DNA of 64,000 bases, taken from positions 65,472,001 to 65,536,000 of the forward strand of contig CM060732.1 of assembly GCA_030704615.1 (NCBI GenBank). Direction: 5' to 3'. Positions 10,701-22,217 of the stretch are shown piece after piece. Position 1 is the stretch's first letter, and each line of letters starts with the position of its first letter. This DNA comes from Takakia lepidozioides. Taxonomy: Eukaryota; Plantae; Bryophyta. Made by a program: the position numbers and the translations under genes. The notes beneath the pieces are model-generated. The model was not told where the DNA came from, did no database searches, and saw only the letters and a program-made list of their open reading frames with translations.

Positions 10701-13300
10701 CCAAAAAGATTTGGAATAAATCTTACCTTTTTGCATTATAATAGTCCAACATACACATGAAGAGTATACTCCTAACATCCATTTTGATATCCGTCTTTTG
10801 CACAATGACAGAGACGTGGCAATTGTGGCCCTCCGAAACTTGAGTATTACAATAAGACATCATCAACAGCCACGCAAGTATAGAATCATTGGTTTATCGG
10901 ATGAAATAATGTGCAATATCATGATCGCAAAAAGAGACAACACACGACAACCACTAACCGAATACTTCCATATCACATATGGTATCAATCTTAAATATTT
11001 GCGACTGCCATGCTTAACCTTGCACTCCACTAAGCCACCATGCTATATGCCAATAGAATTATGTGAAATAACACCAAACCAACAATTTAAAGGAAAACTC
11101 GCTGGGGATGAGATAGCAACAAAGGCTTATGTACGTTTTGCAGCTTGTGATCCCCAACAAAGAAGAAGAAAGATTGAAGAACATATGGAAAAAACCCATG
11201 CTAGGAGTACTTTGACCCAAACAAGGTATGTAATTATTTTCATGTGACATTTATCACTCATTGTACGTGTTGTTTATTTTACTTCAACTTTTGTCAATTC
11301 CCAAACGACTTTTAAGATTGACATAGTTTCTTGTTGTATGCATAGTTTTTCACAAATACGTCTTTGCTTCTATGTTAGGGATGAGCTTTGCCAACAGTTT
11401 GGGCTCAACTTCAGTGTGAAAATGACAGAAGTGGTGGGCCGAAAATTACCAAGCCCCAAAATATGTTTCAAAGAAGGCAGGACTAGCGATCACATAGTCG
11501 ATCCGTTTGACTATGGCTTTTGGGCTTGGCGCAACCGACATGCATTGCAAGGTGCAGTGATCAATCGGTGGGGGGCGCTCGTCCTCGCCTCAAATATCAA
11601 CGCCATGGTTGTGCCTAGATTTCTTGACGATCTCTCGCGGTAAGATAATATCTTTCGAGATAGTAACCCATAATTCCACCCCCCTGACCTACTGAAAGTT
11701 GTATTGCATTGTCTATCTAAATACCCTAGTATCTTCATAAAAGTTGGATTTTGATTTAAGTAAACATGATTTTATGGTCTTGGACATCATTTACAACTGC
11801 ATTTCAAACATAGATGAATTAATTGAGGTTTTTTAAACACAACTTTAATTATAACGACGGTTGATGTAGTCGGGCGCAAGAAATGGGAGTAGATTTACAT
11901 CATAACTATGTCCCTGAATATCAGTCTGCAAGTTACGATGAACCAAGTACACTGTTGACAAACCTTCATACGAGGATCACTCAAACAATAACTTCGAGAG
12001 AGCAAGCCTATGGAGCTCGAGTTGCCCTGATCATAGTTATTGTCAATGGAAAGAAAAACAAAAAATATTATGATATCAAACGATGCGCCGATCTAGAAAT
12101 AGGAGTTCCTACTCAATTTGTTACTACTGAATCTATATTGAACCAGCGATCAAAGGAAAACTTTCTCACTAATTTGGTCATGAAGATTAATGTCAAATGC
12201 GGGGGGCGCAATTTCAAATTATCCGTCCCTCCTAACCAGCTGCCTAGCATTCCACCAGGCCGCTCCTGCATCTATTTTGGTGCCGATGTCACCCATCCAG
12301 ACCCGGGAGACGTGGATAGCCCGTCGTTGGCAGCAGTTGTGGCCAGCAATGATTGGCCCGATTCTGGCCGTTTTATTGCTCGTACGCGAAAACAAGCCTT
12401 CCGCAGAGAAATCATTGACGACCTTCAAGCTATGGCTGTTGAGCTCATAATGGAATGGTCCAACAATAATAACAACAATTTGCCGGATGTGAGTCAATTT
12501 CTGCCCAAGCTTCTTGTGCGCATAATTTATTTAAGCACATTGCTTTGTGATCATACACATATATACACACTGAGCCTTGGTGTGATGCTTGTGTTATTGC
12601 AGCTCATAGTATTTTTTCGGGATGGCGTTGGCGAAAGTCAGTTCCAAGCTGTGCTGGAAGAGGAGGTTACGGCCCTTCAGCGGGCTGCCGAAGATGTCAA
12701 AACCAACTACCAACCTAAAATCACATTCTCTGTGGTGCAAAAACGGCATCACACACGTCTTTTCGCCATGGATAAAGGACCTGTTAAGAAGGTTAAGATT
12801 GGGGAGAAGAGAGAAGCCCCCCCCAATGTAAAGCCAGGCAGTGTGGTGGATGAGAAGATAACCCACCCCAGTCAGTTCGATTTCTATTTGTGTAGTCATG
12901 CTGGCGTGATCGGCACTAGCAAGCCTGCCCATTACCATGTTTTGTGGGACGACAATCACTTCTCGTAGGTTTGCTAATCCTCATATGCCAACATTTCATT
13001 TCAAACCTTATGTTAATTGATCTCTTATGGTTGGTGTGCATCAAGAATTTAACATAATGTCTGTTTTGCAGAATTGATGATTTTGAGACCTTAACAAACA
13101 ATTTGTGCTACCTCTATGCACGTTGTTGCAAATCGGTGTCGATTGTGACACCAGCCTACTATGCACATCATGTGGCCACTAGAGCACGGAACCACTACAT
13201 CTCTCTCAAAATGAGGGCAAGAAATAATGGACAGCCAGTGGCGAGTATAATCTTACCTGAAGTCCATGATTATGTTAGGTCTAAGATGTATTTTTGTTGA
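7327..13300 (+). CDS. AGO: Argonaute protein, about 1117 aa, 9 exons, slicer-type (DEDH)
   Basis: Phase-consistent GT-AG exons 7327-7696, 8424-8845, 9262-9494, 10205-10648, 10812-11225, 11379-11639, 11870-12488, 12603-12964, 13072-13300 (3354 nt). Motifs: ANHF and VYDG (N domain), [20 protein letters not shown] (L1), YMPIELC (PAZ), Y-K-Q-K 5'-phosphate pocket (MID), GADVTHP / RREII / [10 protein letters not shown] / PAYYAH (PIWI), C-terminal MYFC. The first two exons are supported by phase and open frame only. Confidence 0.95.
7700..7731. repeat. (CT)n microsatellite at the start of AGO intron 1
   Basis: About 16 CT units directly after the donor at 7697. Confidence 0.9.
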
Positions 13301-16070
13301 GATTTGATCTTTTTGAAGGCTTTGATTTTGGATCTAGGGCTGACAGGTCGCATGACCGGTTCGAAGTCTAAAGATATTAGCATTGTAACCAAGCCATAAT
13401 TGTGGCAAGTTCTTCCCAATCTAGGTACCACCCCAAAATCACAAAACAAAACTTCTGAAGCCACAAAGGTGGCCTACCTACTATAGCTCTAGAGTGAGAG
13501 ATGACAACAGTCAAAGCCCACATAACTATGTCACTTCGTCTTTCTATAGCTTTAGATGAAGTTATGAAAGCCACCTCACACATTGCATATTGACATTGCT
13601 CAGATCATCAGGTTCGAGCAATGTGAAAATCGTCCAAATATAAGAGTAGTACCATTGTAATAGTATGATCCTCTCACTCCTTCTTCCTACCAGGGGTGGA
13701 CTGAAATGACCAATAGATTTCTTTAGCCTATCCTTTTCTCATGTCAGCTTTCTTGAAAGGCTCATGAAGAAGCCTTGAAGAAGGTAGTCTTATACATCAT
13801 AGACTTGGTGCATGCTTCAAACATAGAGATCCAGCTTCCTCGACATGTAGACATAATATGTACATCCTCAATTGTTTCCCAAGGTTTAAAGAAAAAACCA
13901 TTATGAATAGATACTTGCTGCATATTATCTGATACAAAGAGTTTGAGGTATAAGCTAGTATTTTTTTGGCATTTGAAAGTCTTGCCTTCAAAGTGCAATG
14001 AACACCTCAAATCAGCCTACCTAGTGTGACCACATGTTTTGCAGTATGATAGAAGTCAAGTAAACCAGATGAGTTGCAGTCATGAGTGATACTAACTTTC
14101 AATTAATTGTACCACACCAAAAGAGATGGCATTTTGCAGAGAACAATATTTGCTTCTAGGAAAGCACCCATATTAGAGGAGCTAGCTGGATTGTCTTCAC
14201 GAGCTTGATATTCAACTATTCAATTTCAAATGGTCCAAGGTTCCACAACTCCATATCAAAAAACTTGCTTTGACAATGAACATATACAGACTAATCATTC
14301 TATAGATCTTGTATATCCATCTTTCTCCATATTTTCAATTAGAAATCTACTCTTGAATTCAGTGAGTTTATTGAGGGTCGAGCAACAATGTGACACCTTC
14401 AAGGTTTGTAAGATTTTCTATGGCTTTATTTATTTTTTAAATGATTACAATAAATTTTTGGGTTGGATGGCAAGTTCTCAAAATGTATACATATGCATGT
14501 CTGTTATTGGGATTGTGATAGACCCGATTCACCACTCCCCTGATGAGTCAATTCTTACTCAAACCTATAACATTAGCGGTTTTAGGGTCAATGAATACAC
14601 ATGGACCTTTTTATATCCTCAATAGCTCAAAATAGATTTACATGTTGGTTGATTAGTTACCTCTTTGAACTCAGAGTGCTTCATGTCATGAGGACCATAT
14701 GGACTTGCAAATTAACAATGTAAATGAAGTCCAATCCTATGAAAATAGTAAACATCCACCCATCTCACTACATTTTGTCTAAATTCCAATTTCATGAGAG
14801 AGAGAAGTAGGGTTTGTCTTGCCAAGATATGTTGTATAAGTTCAGATTATATTTTTTCAAAGACAATACACCCTTCAAATTAAGAAGGCACCATTGACAC
14901 TGACTGTCTAATTGTATACTCAGAGATGATTGGGGTGGGCTATGTTGTATTCACTTCCATCCTTCCCTCAAGCTAATACTTGCATCTAACTTCTTTTCAT
15001 AATTTGCTTTCAGCATAGCTCAAAGATGTTAAGTGTTCATGGCATGAAGACCATAAACAACTTAAATATCATTTATTTTGGCTAACTACTCATGTAGTCA
15101 CCTAGAGTTAGTTGTAGAAAAGTAAAACACAGTGTCTTAGCTATGTCAAGCTCTTTAGTGCAACCAAACTATATTTAACTCAATAGAGAAGGGATAGAAC
15201 TCATCACTATGAGCGTTTATTTATGGAAACATTTATGTCGTAACAACATAGATAGAGAATACTTCAACCAAAGAATAACTAAAGAGCCAATGCGCCGCGC
15301 GGCTACTGGAGCTATAACAACATATTCCACCATAGCTAGAAGGGGAACTCTATGTACACTTATGTACAACCAAAGCTCACTTATGAGTCCATAGAAGACG
15401 CGATGCCCTCAAGGCTCACCTACACCAGTCCAAAAAAAACACCACAAACATATGAAGTGGGTTGGAGATCAAGGATGTGCGAGGTGAATGGCAAGCACTC
15501 TTGCATGATATAGCTATCCAAAGTGAAATACAAAGTGGGATTTTAGAGAAACATTCATCTCAGGAATAAGATTGCAAGCAAATGGCAAGGGGAAGGGTGT
15601 GTCCTACTAGCATCACCTGAATGGTCTAAGGAAGAGTAGGTGTTGGTTATGACATTTGAACATCAAACCAACTTACAATAGCCTAAAAAGAGCAGTTCAC
15701 AATATAGACTTCCTTCCCTTCTCCAACTGGGAGGTTGAAGGAAGTGTTAGTTATTTATACTCCAGTATCCATTCTACTTCTTAGATTGGAAGAGCTACAA
15801 TGTGCTTCTAGGCTTGCACACTAAGGAAGATTGCTAACTACAGAAGAAAGATCTGTGACACAACACTACAATAGAATGTGAGGGTTCATTTAAAGTCAAA
15901 TATCATCTAGATTTATAACTAGTAGAGGGCTGCAATGTTTGTTTAATGCATTAAGGCTCCATCTCAAATCCTAAATCCTAAAGTAGAAGATGTCGTAAAC
16001 TTGAAATGCTAGGTGTCTATAAACCTAATTTAACCCTAATGTACATCTGTCTAACATGTAGGTCATGCAA

Positions 16071-16950
16071 TCATGATTCTTCTTCCTTTGAGGTATGCTC
16101 GGGTGTATCATGACCTCTTGTAGCGCTTCTCCTTGAGATTGACTTAGTCATCTCTGCCAGTAACATGTCTTCATCCCCTTCCCAAATTTGTGCAAAGCTC
16201 ACCATGGGGTCAGTTCTTCTCTGCTGTGCTAGATTCCGGTTGCCTTCACTTTCCAATTTTGCTAGTGCCCTGCCACGAGTACATTTGCTTCCGCACTCCT
16301 CCCTTAGGTGTCCGTACTCGTGATATTTTTCCCATTTTACATGACCATTTTTAGTTAGATAGAGTGACGTTGCAATGCGTCCCGTTTAATTCTGATATGT
16401 ATTAAGCACTTGGATTCTATTCAGTGACGTGCCTCCAGTCCCTTCTCTATACATGTAAAGAGCCCTGATCATGTGCCTTGTGCAGATTTGTGTTGAGAAC
16501 TTTCAAACTTCTGCCCATTGGACCGATATAACTGTCATCATCGGACTTGCTTCTCGCCAAAGGTTCTAATGTGATCTCCTCCATATTCATCAAACCATCC
16601 TATATTTCCATACTTGTTTCCACTGCTTCATCTATGTTGGTGAATCGCTGTCCCAACATCAATCTCCACAGCTCTGGACGAAGGCCTTCTACAAACCTCC
16701 TTGTCTGCTTAGAGTCAGATATGTGTCCTCTCTTGAACACTTTGTTAAGTGTATCCAAGAGGCATCCAAGTAGGTTTGAACCCGCTGGTAGCGTCCTTGT
16801 TTTACAACATTCATCTCTCTTCCAAATTCACAGATGTTATACTGAAAAAGCTGAAGCACTAGCCTCTCATGCTAATCACTTAGACTCTAACCATCCTGGA
16901 CTTATCTAAGCTTTGAATACCGCTAGACCCGATACCAAAAGAGGTGTCCC
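16071..16950 (-). pseudogene. Ty3/Gypsy gag relic
   Basis: Minus strand near 16590-16735 reads RRFVEGLRPELWRLMLGQRFTNIDEAVETSMEI*, similar to FVSGLRPELQKKVDMLPHNTVEEAFETANRIE in the element at 62.2 kb. There is a decayed zinc knuckle (HEYGHLREEC, about 16290-16325) and a PBS-like TGGTATC at about 16931-16937. Confidence 0.6.
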
Positions 16951-17659
16951 TGATATCCTGTTTACAACCTCGTTAGTTCCTTTGCAGGTACAGACAGACG
17001 ATGCCGCAGCGGAAGAGAAGACAACATCTATCCCTACCTTTCTTACTTCTTATTAACTTGACTCATACGGCATGCTACATATGTGTTTGAATGTTGTTGT
17101 GCTTTTATTCATCCGAAGGGAAATGACCAACGGTGGTGTGTAATCTGATCCATGACACTTGTTCAGCCCACATTCTTGGTAAGATTACCACCTTCGTAAT
17201 TTGCGATGTTGTTGCCTAGTGCAATGTATTGATAGGTGACGTCTTATGATCTAGCCCTTGACTATTCCGAACACATTGCCAAAGTCTAATTGCTAACAAC
17301 ACATTTAACACATGGAAATCATCACTCTCTCTTTTACACAAGCATATGGTCACTCAAAATACTCCAAGAACACTCAATACTTATGTGTATGAACCATACT
17401 CAATAGCTCAATACTCAATAGCTACATCAGGTCTCAATGATGATCACCTCTCCACCTTCAGCCCTTCTCTATTCCTCTCTCCCAAGTCGCTACCATCACT
17501 TCTCGCCAAAAAGCCTGCGCCCTTCTACTGAACTTCCTTCTCATATATATATATTGTCTCGAACGGCCACCCTTGCATGTGGGGTTCCTCGCTGCTACAC
17601 ACCAACTCCCTATCTTTTCCCATGTTATTATTTACTAAGCCACTAAATGCAAGGCTGCA

Positions 17660-20600
17660 GGTGTTATCCCCATCTCAACTTGTCAAATACAACAGTGACC
17701 TTAGTTTAAGTAGCGCCGCCCCTCCTTCAACTTGGCTAGCTAATTGTTAAAAATAGGTTGGATGATGTATAACAACGTTCATCCAATTACTCACTTCACT
17801 ACATTCATTGAATTTACAATTTATCCAACGAATGAAATCTGCACACCTACTCATTATTCATTACCTACGCTGAACAGATGATTTCTTGTGTTCACCATCC
17901 ACTCCTCGTCCATTCCGACACATCCATCCACAATCCTTCCTCGCATCCTTGTCTGAAGATTTTCACGGAGCCCAACATTACCCTCCAGCGCCAAAACTCC
18001 AGACAATGGACCACCACTTAATCATTTCATTTTCATGATATGCCATCTCATTCCCACATCTTTACTGATCACAAAATTTGCTATAAGAGGGTTCATGGAA
18101 AGTATTTTGTGATCATAACATTATATGTTGATGATTCGATTTTGATCTTTAAAGACCTAGCTTTGTTGAAAAAGACAAAAAACAATATCTTAAAGAAATT
18201 TGAGATGGTGGATCAGAAAAAGATCATTGTGATCACAACATTATATGTTGACGATCTGATTTTGGTCTTTAAAAACTTGGCTCTGTTGGGAGGAAAAAAA
18301 AAAAAAAACATATGTCAAAGAAGTTTGAGCTAGTCGATTTGAATCGGTGGAATTTTCATTCCATTGTGGAATTTCCCTTCTTCCGGGTGATTTCACTTTC
18401 TAGAGTACTTACAGGGAAATTTACCCCCTATTTTCACATACAAACCGACCCCCTCCAAAATTTGTTCTTTGGATCTGAAATTTTGTGTGAGTGTCCTGCA
18501 TGTGCCCCACATTCATAATGTGGAGGGCATTTCCACGGGAAAAATCCAAAACATTGGGAAAATCCTTGGTCAAAGGAGTTTTTTCAAGCTGAAATGTGAT
18601 GGACTTGAAAAAACCACAGTACAAAATTATTATAATATACCAATTGGAACGGTAAAAAAACTCTGCAATTTTGCAGGTAGGAGCATGTAGTAGGTAGGAT
18701 GAAAGTTGTAAGGTTCATTTCCCTGGATGTTTGGGGCCAGGGAGATATGCCCTCATCCATGAAGGTATATACGTTTCTGGGGGTGGCCCACCAAAAAACA
18801 GCTCGTCGTTTAAGGGTTAAAGACTCGTCTTCTTCAAGAATTTGCACTTTGGAACAACATGACTTTTACTGATATACGTTCAGCCCAACTATATAGTGAT
18901 TCAAGATATCATCAAGATACTTATATATATACTTACGCACATCGTATTGTTGTAAAACCATTGCATATATGAGGTTTCCACAACACTCTCCCAAAGGAAC
19001 ATCGTACTTTTATGATTCATTTCATTTTAGAGTTTACAATTTGGGACAAATGAGATATTTATCAACATACTTTCAGCCATACCACAATGTCTATAGATAT
19101 CGTCAAGAAACTTATGCTAGTTCAAAGAAATCGCTCGATCTCGTTGAACACCAAATATTGTATTGGATTGCTTGTCCAGTTCTCCCTAACAACGAGTGCT
19201 CTGGACGTGGGCACCAATATGTTGTAACATTGCATTAGTAAGAGCAATAAGTGGTTGAAAGGTGCAGGGCAACAATGCACACAAGCCTGCCCAAATTTCA
19301 CAGGAAAATTCCAAAACGAAAAAACCAGATGTTCATTTAAGTGAAATTTCAAGTAGCGTCCATCTCAAGCAATCATTTCACTACTACATTTGGGGGGGGG
19401 GGGGGGGGGGGGGTGGTTGTTTAGCGATGCCTCAGTGACCTCCAAATGCCGCGCCTAGCCACGGAAATACACTATAGCGCCCGAGGCGCGCTGGGGACAA
19501 ATTGCGACGTCGGAAAGTCGCACCCACGTCGGTCCGACGTCGCTCCCGGAACGTCGCAAAATAGCGACCTAGGGGAATCGCTAATCCCCCGGGTCCCCCT
19601 GGCCACGACCAACGACGACGGAATGTCGTCGCCCCTCCGGGGCGTCGCAACAAAGGGCAAGGAGGGGGGTCCATCCCTCCCCTTGCGTCATGGGGCAGTC
19701 GCAAGGACGTCGCCCATCCCCAGAAATAGCCACGCGCCGGCGTCGCCGACATGTCGCACCCTGGGACATTAAAGCCCCCGCTCTGCGATGCCTGGACATC
19801 GCAGATGGGGTCTATTATGCCTAGGGGACTGGTGACGCCCGGAAATCGCCATGACATTGCTGCCATCTGGGGGCGTCGCTAGACCCCCATGGGTAGGGAG
19901 GTTCTCTGGCGATGCCTGGGAATCGCACGGACGTCGCAGCCCCCGGGGCTGTCGCTAGCTCCATGGGAGGGCACGTTCTTATGCGACTCCCTGGAGTCGC
20001 AACAACGTCGCAGCCCCTGGGCGGCGTCGCTAGCTCCACGATGGCGTGGTTCTGTTGCGACTCCTGCGAATCGCAAGAGTGTTGCTGGTCGCCCCCGGCC
20101 GTCGCGCCGGCGTCGCTGGGTGGGTGGGTGGGTGGGAGGGTAGCCAGCTGGTATTTGGGGCGGGGTTTTGGGGTTTGTTTTTCGTTTTGGGGGGAGGGGG
20201 TGGTGTGGGGTTTTCTTGGGGTTGGGGTGTGCCTCGTGCTTGCAAGAATTGCATGCATTCTAATCTATAGGTCGACACACCAAATCCACATGTCCATTAA
20301 GGTTAGAATGAGGATCGAAATGGCAACTGAAAATAATATATATAAAGCGAGTATTACCTGTACATGTCTCTAACTGGGAACCATCCCTCACTCCTCATCA
20401 CCTAAGTCATAGGTGTACTCGTCCAAGGAATGCAAGCTACGTTGGTGACCATGGTGAATTACAACATCCCTCCGTATCTTTCAATAAAAAAAAGACCATA
20501 TCATGTTGGGCTGCCATTGTACCGGGTGAGTGTTCCCATTTCATGCTTATTATTTCTTTGGATTTTACATTAATCTTCTTCTCTTTGGCGCAATTCCGAT

Positions 20601-22180
20601 GGATTAATGAAAAATCCATGAAAAAAATCCTTTGTAGGTGTGGCGATCTAGGAATGATTCTAGTGAAGTTGTGACTCGAAAAGCGACTCTAGGATTGTTG
20701 AGTTTATGTAGGAGGGCAAGAATGTTGGAAGACATGGTTCTTGTTCTACAAGTGTTGACTCTGAGTTCTGCAATAGTGAATGAAGGAAACATTTTTTTAA
20801 TTTTTTATTTGTTTTTGGTCCAATATTTTGCACGGATGTAGTGGTGCAAGGGTCGAATTCATAGAACAAAACACAACCAAAAAACAATTATTACGTAGCA
20901 GCAATCCCCAATCCTAGATCCCCAGGTAAGATGACACTTGCGACGCCCCAGCAGGCATTCGACTCCGGAGAATCGCAACATCGCCATTGTGGCATTTCGG
21001 CGACGTCTGGACGTTGCAAACCCCAGCGCGGCCTGACTTGGCCCTCCCCACGCGCCTAAGTGTGAGGGGGTGTTGTTGCGATCCTCGGCAGTCGCAGCCT
21101 TGCGGGAGCGTCGCAGAGGGTAAGTGCGACACCCGGGCGTCGCAAATCCCAGCTCGCTGGCGGGTCATCCCCAACAACAGTGATGTGGCAGAATCGCAAG
21201 CAGGTGAAGCATCATTGGAGCGGCGCGGCGGCGACGGGCCGACGTCGCAATTTTCGGGCCGGGCGCCTGCGCGGCGCTACAATCGCAGGAGGGTCGTCGC
21301 GTCTGGCGCGCCCGGGGTCCCGGCGTCGCTAACCCCCCCTAAACGTAGTAGTGTTTGCCGGACAGGCGTGCCTTTTCCGGCAAGTTTTCAGGGCCACGTC
21401 ACGAAAACCCCGCAATGTGAAGGGCTTCCTGGAAGTGAAAATGAGTGCACCCACCGCTGAATAGGGAGACAACCCGCAGACCCCGCCGTGAAAGGGGCCC
21501 ACTTGCCCATATGTCCTGCCAGGTCGCTCAGGTCAACCCCATGGAGAGCCCTGGGCCACAAATTCCAGCCCCCCCCCCCCGGGGCACTTGCAAAAATCGC
21601 CGATGGCGCTCCAGATCTCCATTTGGCCGCCGTAAATTTGAGGGTGTACAGCTCGCTGACCGCTGCGTCTTTTGTTCAGACGCCAGTTTCATCCGACTTC
21701 ATCCCTCGGAGATACGGAGATATTCCAGGGATAATAAAAACGGCCGACCCGATTCGGGTCGGCTCGTCGTTTAAGGGTTAATAAAGTACAGAACTTATTA
21801 GAATATTGTGGGAAGTCTCATGTATACAATGGTTTGTATAAGACCGGATATTGCACAAGGAGTGGGGATTGTGAGCCAATTTGTGGCTAATCTTGGGTAA
21901 CCATAATATTACGCTGCAGTAAAACGGATGTTCCGTTATCTGAGAAGCACAATGGACTTTTGTATGTGTATGAGAGGAAACTTACTGGTAATGTTCATTT
22001 GGATGAAATGTATTAAATTCAGTACTGGTTCAAATGGTATCCTCATCCATATCGATTCACCTCCGGCCCTCTCTCTCTTATACATAGATCATGGGGATCA
22101 AGATTGTAGGGGTTTAAACGTTTAAACAGTAACACGATTTAATCATATTGATCTTCAAGATATGGAAATCTACAACATTA
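17660..22180 (+). repeat. Copy B of the Copia-debris direct repeat, with a different set of insertions (about 18344-21781)
   Basis: See copy A. ORF 18040-18333 shows the duplicated ITLYVDD/TTLYVDD motif; 21800-21960 encodes GSLMYTMVCIRPDIAQGVGIVSQFV. Confidence 0.8.
19379..21353. mobile_element. Non-autonomous CACTA (En/Spm) transposon, 1975 bp
   Basis: TIRs CACTACTACATTTGGGGGG and CCCCCCTAAACGTAGTAGTG; 3-bp TSD TTT (19376-19378, 21354-21356); dense GTCGC/GCGAC subterminal repeats at both ends; AT-rich core with no transposase ORF. Confidence 0.9.
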
Positions 22181-22217
22181 TCTCATGAATTTTGACGTCA
22201 TGTGGTCGATCGCTAGA

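Noticed and set aside
15560-15840. Possible retroelement protease relic (SYNVLLG)
   Set aside because: Too short and decayed to support.
19432-21781. Many overlapping 60-160 aa ORFs
   Set aside because: By-product of GC-rich CACTA subterminal repeats and adjacent GC-rich DNA; no recognisable domains.
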